Assembly: GCA_026026165.1 (NCBI GenBank)
Contig: JAPEUD010000001.1
Location: 124,001-188,000, forward strand
DNA: 64,000 nucleotides
From: Sarea resinae
Taxonomy: Eukaryota
Direction of reading: 5' to 3'
Shown: piece after piece, positions 25,445-40,134 of the stretch
Layout: every line of letters starts with the position of its first letter
Position numbering within the stretch: the stretch's first letter is position 1
The notes under the pieces: generated by a model
What the model saw: only the letters and a program-made list of their open reading frames with translations
What the model was told of the DNA's origin: nothing
The model's database searches: none
Translations under genes and position numbers: made by a program

Positions 25445-26355
25445 ACACTCAGTCTTATCCAGTCTAGTCTAGAACAATAGATAGAAATCATAACTCTTAA
25501 CTTTTGCTCAAGTATCTAGGAGAGAAAGAAAGCAAGAAAGGAAGAAAGGAAGAAAAGACGGCCGGAAGAGAGTTACAAGCGTATTACACTTTCTACTCAT
25601 TGACTTACCGTATTTACTCTTACTCCTACTCTTACTCTGACTCTTACTCTGACTCTCTGTTAGTCTCTCTCTCTCTCTCTCTCTCTCTAAATTATCTACC
25701 TCCTTAAAAGACTCTAGAGAGAAATCTCTTCAAGGAGATAGGAAACCCAAAAAAAAAAAAGAAAAGAAAAGAAGAGAGATAGCTCAGGCTATGTCCAAGT
25801 CTGTCTTTGATAGATGAGATCTAAACAACCTCTCTCCTGTTCTCTACTCTACTTGTTATTACTACTCTAACTCGCCAGAGATCGAGAGTAACATTCTTGT
25901 TGTTTAGCAGAGTAGAGGGGTAGAGGGTTAGCCCACGTATAAAGAGAATAGAGAATCTAGAGAGAAAAGAGTTTCTTTTCTTTTTTTACTTTCTTTCTTT
26001 TTGGCTTCACTGATTACTTTCATAGATATTAACTAGATAATGTTACTTGTAGATGTATCTAGGCATAAACATACAAGAGCAGTAAGCAGGGTTAGGGAAC
26101 TTAATGTGGTAGGAAGAGAAAGAAGAGAAGGGGAGGACAAGGGAGGACATGTGAGATAACAAAGGATGAATTTGTGTGGGACCGAAAAGGGGAGGTAGAG
26201 AAGAAGAGAGGAAATGGCGGAGATGATTTCTCAAGTAAGTAGGTATGTAAGTAAGTATTACTTTGTATTATCTCATCTCATCTCATTTTAGCTCATCACA
26301 CGATGAAATCGCGCTCTGGGCGAGCACCTCCACTCCACATCTACTCCTCTCTCAC

Positions 26356-27772
26356 CTACTCCTCGGGCGCCGAGCCACCACGAGGGTCCCTGAACCTCGC
26401 TTTCAGCGGCTGCCAGCTCTCGGCATTATAATCCGCCTGGACCTTGTGACACCTGCTCAGACCCCAGTCCGACACGCCGAGCATCAAGCAGCTCTCGAAC
26501 ATGAACGCCATGCTGCCGTCGCCGACCTTGACCGGCTTCAGTTCGGCCGTCTCGGCCCGCTCCACCGTCACGCTGTCCGGCCCATGCGCGCTCATGACGT
26601 TGTGCAGCGAGGCGCCCGCGGGCTGGAAGCCGCCGCCGGTCTTGGCGTCGTATTGGCCGTGGATGAGCCCCATGAATTCGGACATGGTGTTGCGGTGGTA
26701 CCAGGGCGGCCGGAAGGTGTCGTCCTGAACCAGCCAGCGCGGCGGGAAGATGACAAAGTCGGCGACCGCCGTGCCCGCGTGGTCTGACGGCGCGGTGAGC
26801 ACGGTGAAGATGCTGGGGTCCGGGTGGTCGTACGATATACTCCCGATCGTGTTGAAGCGGCCGAGGTCGTACTTGTAGGGGTGGTAGCGACCGTGCCAGG
26901 CCACGACGTCAAAGGGAGTATGGCCCTGTCTGGCGGCGAAGAGATGGCCGTTGAATTTCGACAGCACGTGCCAGGTCGTGTCGGTGTCCTCGGCGAATGC
27001 TGCCACGGGGGCCTGGAAATCCCGCGCATTGGCGAGACCATTGGAGCCGATTGGTCCAAGCTCGGGGAGCTGAAAGTGCCCTTGATATAGTTCCAGGATG
27101 TATCCTCTTACGGGGCCGTGTGGTAGAGAGACACGATAGCGGATCCCACGAGGGATCACTGCAATCTCGTTTGGTCGGACGAGGAGGTGGCCTAGTTCCG
27201 TCTGAATGTCGAGCACGCCGTGCTGCAAGACGATCAAAAAGTCGCCGTCAGCCGAGTAAAAGGCCTCGTGCTCGTGCATTGACTTTCCCGCAGCAAATAT
27301 GTAAATCCCCAGGCCGGATTTCATCGTCGGGTCTCCGGCCCCCGCGACGAGACGCAACGAGTGGACCCAGTCGGCAGACTCATCGAGGTCAAAGGGATCC
27401 CACCGGAGCTGGTTAGGAATCTGGTGTAGTTTCTCATGGGGCTTGCTCTCGGGGTTGGTATTATAAGTAGAAGATTCCCGGGCTTCAAAAGGCTCATGGG
27501 CGGCAGCGGGAAGAATGCGATAGAGCCACGATTGCTGGTTCTCATGCCTGGGCGCAGTAAAAGCGGTTCCCGAGAGCTTCTCCGCATAGAGCCCATACGC
27601 CGGCTTTTGAGGAGAGTTGGCACCTACCGGAAGAGCTCCCTCGATGGCTTCGGACCTGGCAGGAAAGTAAGCCACAAGTAGACAGATAAACACTGAAAAC
27701 ATACTCATGGTAAGCGCCGAAGCCATTCTGATACCTGTACTTCTCCGGAACGGCGAACTTCGTCACTGGCAT
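26356..27772 (-). CDS. hmgA: Homogentisate 1,2-dioxygenase
   Basis: Exon 1 [16 protein letters not shown], then a short intron; [86 protein letters not shown]. Confidence 0.96.
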
Positions 27773-28357
27773 CTTGATCCTGCTCGTCGTTGAAGAACTC
27801 CTCGAGATTTCGTTGTGTTAATGGAATCGGGCTTGGCCGGACCTTGCGATTGCGACCGATCTTGGGCTTGATGTACTTGACAAAGGAAAAGTCTGAAGGT
27901 GCCAGCTTTAGGCTCCGTTTCAGACTGTTGCCATCGAGGGTGTCACCCTTTTGTTGCTGACTGCTCGAAACCATGACCGACAGGCGCTGGAATGAACTCC
28001 TTGCTCCCTACATGGATTACTTGTCCACAAGTCCCAAGGCTACGGGCTTCCACCGCGGGGTTGCTTTCACAGTGACGGGTGGTCGACTGGCGGTTGACTG
28101 CTGGTCGGCTGGTGGCGTCCTACCTTTGTTGGCCTTTGGAGTTCGTCGGTGCGGGTGATGCGATTGATCGTCACTAGGATGCCATGGGGGTGGGGTAGAC
28201 CCAATGCCGTCGCTAGCCGATGTGCCTCCACCCGATGCGGCGATATTGCTAACCTGATATTGTTGGTGCACCACGTATATACGATCGCACAAGGTCATTG
28301 TCAAGTATGATCAGCTCTAACATTCTTCGTATCGTCTACTCCTATCTTTGCAGCGCC

Positions 28358-30316
<1,959 letters not shown>

Positions 30317-31410
30317 GACGTCTAGGGTAACTTTCAAGCACAGAAATATGGTGTTCAAGACGAGATGTTTCTACTGAAGGGCAATGAAGGGTGATCTGGA
30401 GGTGGATGGTCACAGTGGTTTCATACGTTGGAATTGTGGGGTCCATGCCGAAGTTACCGTTTGTTTCTTTGCATGGTGCATCGTGACGCCATTCTGGCCG
30501 TGAGGTGGACGTCGAATTGGGCCACTAGTAGATACATAGACCGGTACTGCCGCCATCATCCATGGATCGCTGGAGGGCACCGGCCGTGGTTGAATGGGTG
30601 TTTTCCCGTGGAGCAAGCACCTGTAGGATATTCGCATTTGATGCACGCGCTGCCCCACGTTCGCTTCGCGATCCCGTTCTCGTCTCTTGATGCGGGGTCC
30701 AGGTGCATGCAACGGACCTCTAGGTACGAATACCTGGCACGTCTAAGGGTAAGGGAACACGGCCTTATTTCGGGCCTTTTTCCTACCTTCTGCTTTGGTC
30801 GTACATGTCTGTCTCACGATAGTGCGCAGGGAGCAGCTTCAATGGTCATAGTAGCATGTCGCCACCCAAGATGGCTTGCCTCTGCCGTAACGACTTGTCC
30901 GTCGGCCCAGTCGGATGAAGTGATGATGAACAGTCACGATCAACGCACGTGAAATCCACCATGATGCCACCTTGAGCTTGACCTTTGCCTGATACCGCAG
31001 ACGGACATGGAGCAACTTGTCGGAGAATATAGGTACCTCTATGTACTTGCCAATGAAACGTATAGCAGTATCTGCCGCAGAAGACAAGTGAACGCACCGC
31101 ACCTGCATGTATTCCGAGATGAGCGTAATGGTTTGTCTTCAAGAAAAGAATCTTGGAAGAATAAAAGTATTCCCTCTGGAAATGAAAAGATTACAGCCGG
31201 CGCAGTATAGTGAAGAGCTTCGGGTCAGGCGGGGCTAGACTCCTTTGGGTAATGAGCTACCATCTAGGGATTTGCCTGAGTGTATCATCCATCTCAAATC
31301 CATCAAATCCATCGTTTATTGTCTTGATCAATCTTGACCGACGCCTCTCCGTAATATCCAGATTCTGGTTCTCGGTGTTCGACGACTTGGCATCGTTGGA
31401 CCCTGAGGCA

Positions 31411-32324
31411 ATGCTGGTCGAGCGGCATGCTTTGCGCTGCTTCACCGGGCAACTTCGACGATATGCCACGGCCACTGCAACAGCTCCCAGATTCCAGCCC
31501 GTCGAGGAGCTGGCAGATAGCAGCCTCGAGAGCTTTCGCCAGCGTGCCTTTTCTCCCGCCCTGCCCGTCGTGCTGGCCAGAGGGCACTTTTCCCAATTTC
31601 CGGCTTTGAAACGGTGGTTTCTGCCACAGGGAAACGCATACTGCCTCAATGACGATTATCTCAATGCGCATGGGACGACCATGGTGCCGCTTGAATTGAC
31701 CCGTCCGGGTTCAAGCGAGGATACCTTTGCCCGCCTAGACGCCCCCTTGAGTCTCTTCCTCGACTGGACGAGGCAAGCCGGCCCCGAGACCGTTGATCGT
31801 CTCTATCTCGCCCAAGCACAGGTGACAAGCCTGCCGAAGCAGTTGCGCGACGATCTACCCGTTCCTAGCTTGGTGGCTTCGGCGGGCAAAGGGGACATCT
31901 ACGACACAAATTTGTGGATCGGCCTTGCTCCGACTTATACCTCGCTCCATCGAGACCCTAATCCGAATCTATTCGTGCAGCTCGCAGGCAAGAAAACTGT
32001 TCGACTGTATACGCCCGAAGACGGGGCGCGCATCTTTCAGAGGATACAAGCTAAGCTAGGAAGAGGTGGTTCCGCCGCTTTCCGTGGAGAGGAGATGATG
32101 CATGGCGAGGAAAAGGTCTTTTTGGAAAAAGAGGTGTGGGGCGACGGAGCAGGAGAGGAAGTGGGACAAGAAGCACAATTGGAACGCGGAGACTCTTTAT
32201 TCATTCCGAAAGGATGGTGGCATAGTATCAAAGGTGTTGGCAATGGCGTGATTGGCTCGGTATGTATCGTCTCACATCTCATCACTTGGCTAACATGTGG
32301 CAGGTAAACTGGTGGTTTCGATAA
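31411..32324 (+). CDS. JmjC/cupin-8 domain protein (JMJD5/KDM8-like), possibly mitochondria-targeted
   Basis: LYLAQAQ, NLWIG..TSLHRDPNPNLFVQLAGKK (HxD), GDSLFIPKGWWHSIK; intron 32260-32303, then VNWWFR*. Confidence 0.88.
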
Positions 32325-32346
32325 TTCAAGCACCTATCTCTAAATC

Positions 32347-34757
32347 TCAGCTGAATAGCCTGTCAAAGCACTTTTCGACTACGTTTCTGGTATCATCAGC
32401 ATTGAGCCTGTATGGATGAAGAAATAACTTACCGAGGTGGCCTCGGAACATAATCCCTCGTATAATCGTCAATCTCGTCGACGCCGCTGTACAGATCCAC
32501 CTCGTGTGGCTTCCGCCATTTGGTCTTCTTGATGAACTTCCAACCAAAGAATAGAATGGGAAAGACGCCGATCATTGTGTATCTGGCCATCGATCAGTTT
32601 TGGAAAGTGTAGCAATCAAGGAGCATACGAGAAGAAGAAGGTCGGAATGTCCCATTGGCCCGGAAGGAACACCGTATAACCGCCCATGAATGTCATGATG
32701 AAGCAAAACACAAGCGCATAGTACGCCGAGAACGGTTGCCAAAATGCTTTGTGTGGCAGCAAGTCTCGGGAAAAGCCCTGGACATCGCACGCCTTTTTCC
32801 AGCAGATGAAAGTAAACGACATGACGCTAAAGTTGATGAGCTGCGAAGCCGTCACCTGAAGTCATAAGTCTGCAACCATGTTGGAAGAGGGATTCACTTA
32901 CTAGATTGACAAACCACTGCAAGACTACCGCGGCGCCGTTGGAGACCTGAAGGAATGAGATTAATGAGAGCAGAAGCACGGCCAAAACGCAATACACGGG
33001 TACGCCATTCTTGGTGCATTTCGTCAAGAAACGCGGTGCCTTTCTCTCCAACGCCAATCCGTAGAGGCTTCGACTCGCGCAGTAGACGTAGCTGTTGCCG
33101 GCCGAGAATGCCGCCGTCAAGATCATCGCGTTGACAATGTCCGGCAGCACGTGGATCCTCAGTCGGACCATGGCGAGCACATATGGCGATGCTGCCGCCC
33201 CCTGCACTCCCGAGTTCAACGCCGCCGCCATCTCGGGGTCGTTGTACGGCACATTGATCCCCACCGCCAGAGATCCCAGCACGAAAAATGCCGTCAATCG
33301 GAAGAAGACGCCGTTGTACGCTCGGGGCATCACGACTCTTGGGTTTTCCGCTTCGCCCGCCGCCATTGACACCTGCAAAGATTAGTTTTGGTCATTCCAT
33401 GCCACTCTCTCTTACATAGTCTGGCCCGGCCAACGTAAACGAGGCCTATACACGTCAGTCAGGAAGCTTTTTGGCTCAGAGACATGCCTGGATCAAAGCT
33501 TGCAGGAAGCCCATGAAGCGCCCCAGGCTTCCCGTCTTGTAGTATTCCGCAAACGCTCCCGGGGCGTGCCAGTACCGGAAGCCGAATCGGTCGTGCAGCG
33601 GGTTGCCCCCGAGCATCGTGACGATCGTGTAGAAGATCATGCCGACAATCAGGATGACCTTGCCCAGCGCCAGCCAGAATTCCGACTCGCCGTACCACTT
33701 GACGGCGAAGATGTTGAGCACCCTGAAACCGTTAGCCATGGTCGTCCGGGTTTGCGTCTGCATCTTCACTCACCCATACAGCACAATCACAATCGCGATG
33801 ATGGCGCCCGTCGGCACGACGTCGCTCCAGAAGTTGATGATGAGATTACACGCCACAATCTCAAACGGCACCAGCATGGCCTCGAACACGAAGAAGTTGT
33901 AGCCGGCCGCGACCCCGAAAGCGTCGTCGACGTAGCGGCCCGCGAACCGCACAAACGGCGACGAGATCGGCAGGTACGTCACCATCTCCGCCATGCCTAC
34001 ATTCCGAATCAACGATTCCCACCTCCGGTCAGCGTGCTGTCATCAGTTTTTGGGGGGAGGTCGCGTTGGGGCGGTGGTGCTTTGGTGCTTTGGGCGTCTT
34101 CTTTCACGCGCGCATTCAGGACGAAAGAGGGAGATGGACTTTACAATTCGTGAGCGCCAGAATGATTGTACTCCTAGACATAGCAGCACATTTTGAATAA
34201 GAGCCCGATCTTTTCAAATAATAATTTCTTGCTTACGATCGCACTCGTGAGAGCGTCGACCATCCAGGTCTCTCCTTGGGGTGATTCTCCAACAGACACA
34301 CAACCCCTCTGCCGTGTTTTCCCCTCCGCCACAAGCCCTCAATCATACCTCTGGCAAGAAACCCCAGGAAACAAAGACGATGATTCTCTCAATCACAACG
34401 CAAGCTCACTTACCAGAATGAAAACGCGATAAACAGACTCCCCGGCCCCGATTCGATCAGCGCATGGCCGATCTGCACGAAGAGCACGGTGCCAATGGTG
34501 CCGCCGATGCCGATGAGTTGGATATGCCGCGGTTTCAGCCGGCGGTGCGTATGGTCGTATTCGGGTTTGAGCGAAGGCGAGGACGGGGTGGACGCGTAGG
34601 GCGGCAGGGTGGTTTCTTCGTCTTTTGTGTATGCGGTGGGTTTGTTATCAGCGGTGCTGGAGGCCGGGACGGGCCCCTTTTCGTTTTGGTCCGGCAGGGA
34701 GGAGGGGCGGCCATGTGGAGGGGAGATGCCCGTTGATGTCGCCGTCGTGCTGGCCAT
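32347..34757 (-). CDS. Amino-acid permease (APC/YAT family, AGP2/DIP5-like), multi-exon
   Basis: HRRLKPRHIQLIGIGGTIGT, MAEMVTYLPISSPF, WYGESEFW, AGEAENPR, ASPYV, SAGNSYVYCASRSLYGLA; reading frame restored by micro-exons and introns. Confidence 0.92.
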
Positions 34758-36102
34758 GGTTTCCCTTTTTCTTCTCCGTTGAGAGAAATGCAAATTGGCC
34801 AGTGAGGGGCAGATCCTCTGTCGAGCAAGAGGGTTGGCAAAGGAGGGGCAGCACCCTCAGCTTTTGTTTCCGGGGGAGCGCAAGACCCGGCGTTTTGTGG
34901 GTGCGGGCCGCGGCCAGGCCCTCGGACAGCCCTCGGACCCTGGTTTCGCTTGTCTGTTGGGCGCGGTAGCACAGGGGCTGGCCTGCTCTGCCGGAGAAAT
35001 GGACGCCAGTGACTGGCTTCGAATCGGCGTGGAATTTTCTTTGCGCGCAAGTGTGGGGAATCAATCACGCATCTGGTCGATGGTGGGGTTTCGCAATACA
35101 TAATCGGTATTTCTTATCCTTGATTCGATTTGGCCGTGAGGTCGCCTGGGGGGAGATCTCGTCTGCCTGCGTTTGTGCCCGATCTCTCTTCTCCTCCTCA
35201 ACAGGCCACCTAGTTATCGGTCCTTTCCCCGCGCGCTGTGTCACTAGATTATTTCGTACACCAGGTGATTGTGACGCGGAAAAAGAGCAATTGCTGGTCG
35301 CACAGATAGATGCAGCTGTAGAACGTGAAGGACTAGCCTCATCAAAGCTGGGAGACAGACCTCCTTCCTAACGTATCACATATCCTTCACGTAACGCCTT
35401 GGTGTCCCACAAGCTGTAGTATTCCGTGTAGGATGATTCGATCCGCTCTTGCGACTCCAGAGAAACCCATCTGACCTAGAAGTACAGCCCTTTCGGGACT
35501 CGAACGGTCGGGACATAGATGCACGTCATGGCAGCATGATGCAGGTCATTGACTGCCACTGTACTTCAGCTTTCCCTTGTTCATTTGTTCCATCGAAAGT
35601 CTGATTGATTGGCTGTGGGGACTACACGTCCGAGAGCGGAGATGTTCTGGAATCCGGTGGTGAAGCGAATCGTGTGTGCCGAGACCGAGGTTGCAATCGT
35701 GTGGGGACTGGAGGTTCTGTTTACAATTTAGGCAGTGTCATTAATCCAACTTGTTTAATCGCCCTCCAATCTGTCTGAATGAGCTGCCACAGCCTACCTT
35801 ACGAGTGGAAATTGTCCAAATTCAGAGTATAAGCTTGGATACCTCTGATAATTCTTGTAAAATGATTGAAGCCGCAAACACAACGCACTACTCCGGAGTA
35901 TGCTTGAGAACATAATATACAATAATAACAACTCGATGTCCAAAACAATACGCTATCAATTTCTTCCCCAAATGCTCGCATAAAGCGCACACATGATGAA
36001 AAATATCATAACGATACTTTTAAGGATAAAGTAATGCAGAATAAATAGACTGCTACCATGGAGGTGAATAGGATAGCGAAGCCAAATTATCTCTCCGAAA
36101 GA

Positions 36103-38178
36103 CTAGCTTGTATAGCTATCCTTCGTAATGCCTATCTGGAGATTCGTGTGGAGGTACCTCCGAGGCGTGACCTTGGTCAGCCTGGGGTCCACACCCTCCA
36201 ACAAGTCCACGAGGCTGTTTGCCTTCATGGCGAACTTATCCCCTTTGGAAGAAGGGAAAAGAACTTCGGCATGACCGTCCTTGTTCAAGACTCGCACTTG
36301 AACGGACAGCTTTAGTGCAGGATCACCCGGAAGTGCTTCTGCTGCGAGTCTCTCTTCGGGCGGGGTGTCATCACGAAGAAGACACGTCGCCCAGACTTTG
36401 TCGGCCGCAGTGAGACCGAGACGCTTCACGTCTGCGCTGCGGATGCTAACGTCCAGCTTGTTCAGTGAGAACATGAGACGGAATAGCCCGGCCTTACACA
36501 GCTTGAATTCCCCCCCATTAAGGAATTTGTGTTTTGCCGTCTTTCGCTTCGACTCGTGCGACTTCTGCATCGCATTTCGCCTCTTCCCGATGTAGTATGC
36601 ATATACCACGGGATCCTCAGAGGCAGCCAAGAGATTGAATGATCTCTGCGCCGTGGCGTTACCCCCCTGAACGTATTGGATCAGAGGCGGCGCAATATTC
36701 AGGTGCGCGCCTGGGTAAGGTACTGCCGTATTTTCCGGCAGGTGCGGTTGCAGCAGAGACTCCGGGAGAGTCTGAAAAAGCAAACAACCCCACATCTCCA
36801 TCAGATTGAGAAACATCTGATAGCCCTGGATGCCCTTTGTCTTGGCCGGAGTTGCGGCAGGCAAGAATGGTTCGGGGTAGGTATCCTCATCATCCGAGGA
36901 TACCAGAATGGCATCATCTGGGCCGAATCCAGTAGCATTACTGCCACTGGCTGAACCCGGTTCTGCCAGCACCTCGCGAGAGTCCGAAGACTCAGGTTTA
37001 GCACTGATATCGTCCACGGCTCCCCGAAGGGAAACCGGTGGGTTTTCCAAGGGTCCCCAAAGGGGGACCGCTGGATCGTTCAAGGATCCCCGAAGGGAAT
37101 CCTCAAACGCCGAGTCGTCTTTCATGGCATTGCTGCCTTTGGACGAGTCGGTGGCCGCATCACGGGAACCCGAAGATTCCCCTTCAGCAGTAGATTCATT
37201 CAAGGATCCCCGAAGGGAATCCTCAAACGCCGAGTCGTCTTTCATGGCATTGCTGCCTTTGGACGAGTCGGTGGCCGCATCACGGGAACCCGAAGATTCC
37301 CCTTCAGCACGGTCCGTATTTGAGAAGACGAAAGATTCGTCTCCTGTGAGGGTGCAAAGCATTGCGTATGTGCTTTGCTTACCCATTCGCTCATAAGCGA
37401 AGTAGTGGAGGCTACTCTTGTTGCGGCGGAATTCTGCATCCATATGGTTACCCATACGAGCAGCGATGTCCGAAGCCTGGCCAACGTAGAGGTAGTAGGC
37501 TCCGACTTTATCCTTGTTAGGGATAACGTCCATGTACACACCGGGACCAGTGTGCGTGAAGTCACCTCCAAGGGCCTGGAGGTCCTGGAGGTTGAGGTAT
37601 CGTCCGTCCAAGAACAAGTCGTTGACGGAGGGCGAGAGGGCGTTCAGCATACATCCGCGGACGTAGCTGGGGTCATTCTGTCTCAAGAATGATTCGTAGA
37701 CATCTGGGACGGAGCCCAGAAGGGAATCGAGACAGGTTTGGGGATCGACCGATCGAGCGGACGACGTATCGAACACGCCTGCTTGTGCAGGAGTCTCGGG
37801 TTGTTTCGCAGTCTGCTTCTTTGAGTCAGCCTGCTGGATCACCTCTACTTGTTTGCCTTTGGAGACACTCAATGTATTTGGGCTAAGTTCCGGTTTGCCT
37901 GAGGACGGAGCCTCTTCTTCTTCTTCTTCTTCGTCGGCGGCTTCGTCCGAGGACTCTGCCTTTGCTGCCGGTCGCCTGGTCCGCTTGCGCGGTGGCTGTT
38001 CATTGTCTTCGCTGTCCTCGGCGACGGTGGCTGGGCCAGAGGACATTACCGCTTTTGCCGGCTGCTTCCTAGTGGAAGGAGAATTAGCATCTTTTTTAAC
38101 GACCTTCTTTTTGGTCGGCTTGGCTGTGTTCGGGTTCCCCGAAAACATCTCCCAACCGGCACCAAGTCTGCCGCTCAT
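36103..38178 (-). CDS. 691-aa protein with a GIY-YIG-like endonuclease domain
   Basis: Intronless ORF; GVYMD-x11-YLYVGQASDIAARMGNH matches the GIY-YIG two-strand motif plus catalytic Arg; later LNLMEMW (Glu) and HLNIA (Asn); basic NLS-like PPRKRTRR at the N-terminus. Confidence 0.7.
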   Translation of the reverse strand: MSGRLGAGWEMFSGNPNTAKPTKKKVVKKDANSPSTRKQPAKAVMSSGPATVAEDSEDNEQPPRKRTRRPAAKAESSDEAADEEEEEEEAPSSGKPELSPNTLSVSKGKQVEVIQQADSKKQTAKQPETPAQAGVFDTSSARSVDPQTCLDSLLGSVPDVYESFLRQNDPSYVRGCMLNALSPSVNDLFLDGRYLNLQDLQALGGDFTHTGPGVYMDVIPNKDKVGAYYLYVGQASDIAARMGNHMDAEFRRNKSSLHYFAYERMGKQSTYAMLCTLTGDESFVFSNTDRAEGESSGSRDAATDSSKGSNAMKDDSAFEDSLRGSLNESTAEGESSGSRDAATDSSKGSNAMKDDSAFEDSLRGSLNDPAVPLWGPLENPPVSLRGAVDDISAKPESSDSREVLAEPGSASGSNATGFGPDDAILVSSDDEDTYPEPFLPAATPAKTKGIQGYQMFLNLMEMWGCLLFQTLPESLLQPHLPENTAVPYPGAHLNIAPPLIQYVQGGNATAQRSFNLLAASEDPVVYAYYIGKRRNAMQKSHESKRKTAKHKFLNGGEFKLCKAGLFRLMFSLNKLDVSIRSADVKRLGLTAADKVWATCLLRDDTPPEERLAAEALPGDPALKLSVQVRVLNKDGHAEVLFPSSKGDKFAMKANSLVDLLEGVDPRLTKVTPRRYLHTNLQIGITKDSYTS
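37079..37309. repeat. Identical 111-bp direct duplication (period 120 bp), in frame inside the GIY-YIG ORF
   Basis: 37079-37189 equals 37199-37309; gives the repeated peptide AEGESSGSRDAATDSSKGSNAMKDDSAFEDSLRGSLN. Confidence 0.97.
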
Positions 38179-39327
38179 CTTGGACGATGAGTTGGGGGGA
38201 TGTGCTTTGTAAAACGAAAAAACAATTCGATCGTCAACTGTTCGAAAAAAAAAGTTGGTGGTGGAGCTGTGATGAAGACAGATGACGAGAAGAAAAAGAA
38301 GAAGAGTCGAAAAGGTGGGCGGGAAATGGCATTATATAGATGTCTCTTCCTCCTCGGCGCCTTCCTGGCATGAGGCCCCTCCCCTGGTTGAAGATGGGAG
38401 ATCTTTCCAAAGGCACCTGCATCCATTGAACGAATCCATGTCCCACCGCGTACACTGTCTCTCCACGCCTGCCCGGAGTCCAATATTCCCCTAACGTAGG
38501 CAATGTTGGCCGGCTCAGATGTGCCTGCATCCCACCGTAAGAGCAACATCGTTCGACTCCAATGACTCGAATTGATGACGTGACAATGAAACAAATGACG
38601 ACAAGGCAAATCAAAGCTTGTAACGAAATGGAGACGCCTTCTCTTGATCCGTTTTTGATGCAACGGAAACTGGAGATAGGTCAAGAGCACCTGGCTTGTA
38701 GGAAGCACCGACTGCACTGGTTGACACTCTGAAATTTTCTCAGCCGGACTGAGCGATTGCGGCTACCTTATAGGAGGTAGCAATTCACAAGAAGGAGCAA
38801 TATCGTGTGAGGCACGCTGTTCTATGTTTAGTTGGCAAACAAGCAAAGAACGATAGTCGTTTGGCTCACATGGGAACTGCTTTGCCTCTTATCAGGACCT
38901 TACATATCGTCAACCTGTATTTCGCTCGGGTCAGGAGCAAAGCATGAGTGTCTATTCGTCCAGGCGATCACTCCTTCCTTTATACTAGAAGAATGTGGGC
39001 AATGAATCCACACGAAATGCAGACTCGGCGGTACACGCCCGGACGGGTGTCACGAACTGTTTTAGGATCAATGACTGCAGACTCGACATCTGATAACGGA
39101 TATAAGATCGAGCCAAGCCTGGCACGTGATCGGTGTCCCATCGCTGACTCGTTTTGATCTAGATGTTGAGAACTAGGTTGAATGCCATAGTCTGCCATAC
39201 CTTACATGATTGTCAAGACGCTGCGTAAGGAAAGAAGAACGTAAAGCCAGAGAGAAAGAGAGTCGAGAGTTGCGCCGAAACTAACAATAAGCAGCTGCAC
39301 AATTTTCATGTCGCACCCGGCCTTGAG

Positions 39328-39707
39328 AACAGCTGGTCTTATAAGCGACGTCACGCTCGCAAAGTCGACACTATCGAGTGATAAGAGATCTTCAACTGTG
39401 TCTGCCCTACTCTCCTGAATAGCATTTTGCAGCCCCTCTAATATCACACCACTAGCTGTTGTGTTTCAGTGCTGCCAACCGTCCAAACGGTCCAGTCCAA
39501 GGGTCTGGACTGGACCGACTCGCGTAGGTAAGCAGGGCGGTGTGAGGTACGTACCACCTACTTAGGTACTCCGTGGTTTGTTGCGCCAGAAAGTAAGGTA
39601 GTATCCATGGATGCTAGAATCAGAACCCCCACCCTCCTCCCCTTTTTACCCCTTTTTCGCTAAGATCCCGTCGGTCCGTACAATTATCCAGTCCACCCAC
39701 AACCTCT
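39328..39707. repeat. Inverted copy of ~49950-50372 (truncated MITE plus its flank)
   Basis: Reverse-complement alignment is evident by eye; both copies give the peptide ILEGLQxAIQESRADTVxDLLxLDSVDFASVTSL on opposite strands. Confidence 0.9.
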
Positions 39708-39849
39708 GTAGAGATTGCTTCGTTCTGTTACAGCTGTGGCTGGAGCTGGCATGTCTGCTTCTGTCCCGGCGTTGTTGGGCGTCTGGTTGTCTTTGGATTC
39801 CAGCTTCGGCGTTGGAAGTTCATTAAATTGAATCTTTCTCGAGCCCGCC

Positions 39850-40085
39850 TTGAGACTCGAAGAATGTCCGTTTGCCCTTTGTGTTTGGCCTCTGCCGCTT
39901 TCTGTCTCTGCAGATCGTCGCTCATTTTCGTCTTCGTGTCCACTGGCCTGGAAATGGAATGAATTGTGGAAGCATTTTGCGCCTTGGCTAGGTTCTTTAG
40001 TCGCACATTCCGCGTGCTGGAGGTGCTGCGTGAATGGTTTTGCGACGCTGAGAAACTCATCCTCGACCGTCACCAGCTGGAGTCC
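39850..40085 (-). pseudogene. Frameshifted fragment of a conserved fungal hypothetical protein
   Basis: VEDEFLSVAKPFTQHLQHAE / VRLKNLAKAQNASTIHSISRPVD across two frames; resembles a conserved Pezizomycotina protein (from memory). No start codon or flanking exons. Confidence 0.55.
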
Positions 40086-40134
40086 CGTTGACGAAAATCT
40101 GAACCCAAAAAGGAAGCGCCCCCTAAGGGAATCA

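Noticed and set aside
31210..31410. GTG-started upstream extension of the JmjC ORF
   Set aside because: Short, contains its own in-frame ATG and looks like UTR; ATG 31411 gives a plausible presequence-like N-terminus.
35485..35515. B-box-like GTTCGAGTC on the minus strand
   Set aside because: I could not fold a cloverleaf or find an A-box around it.
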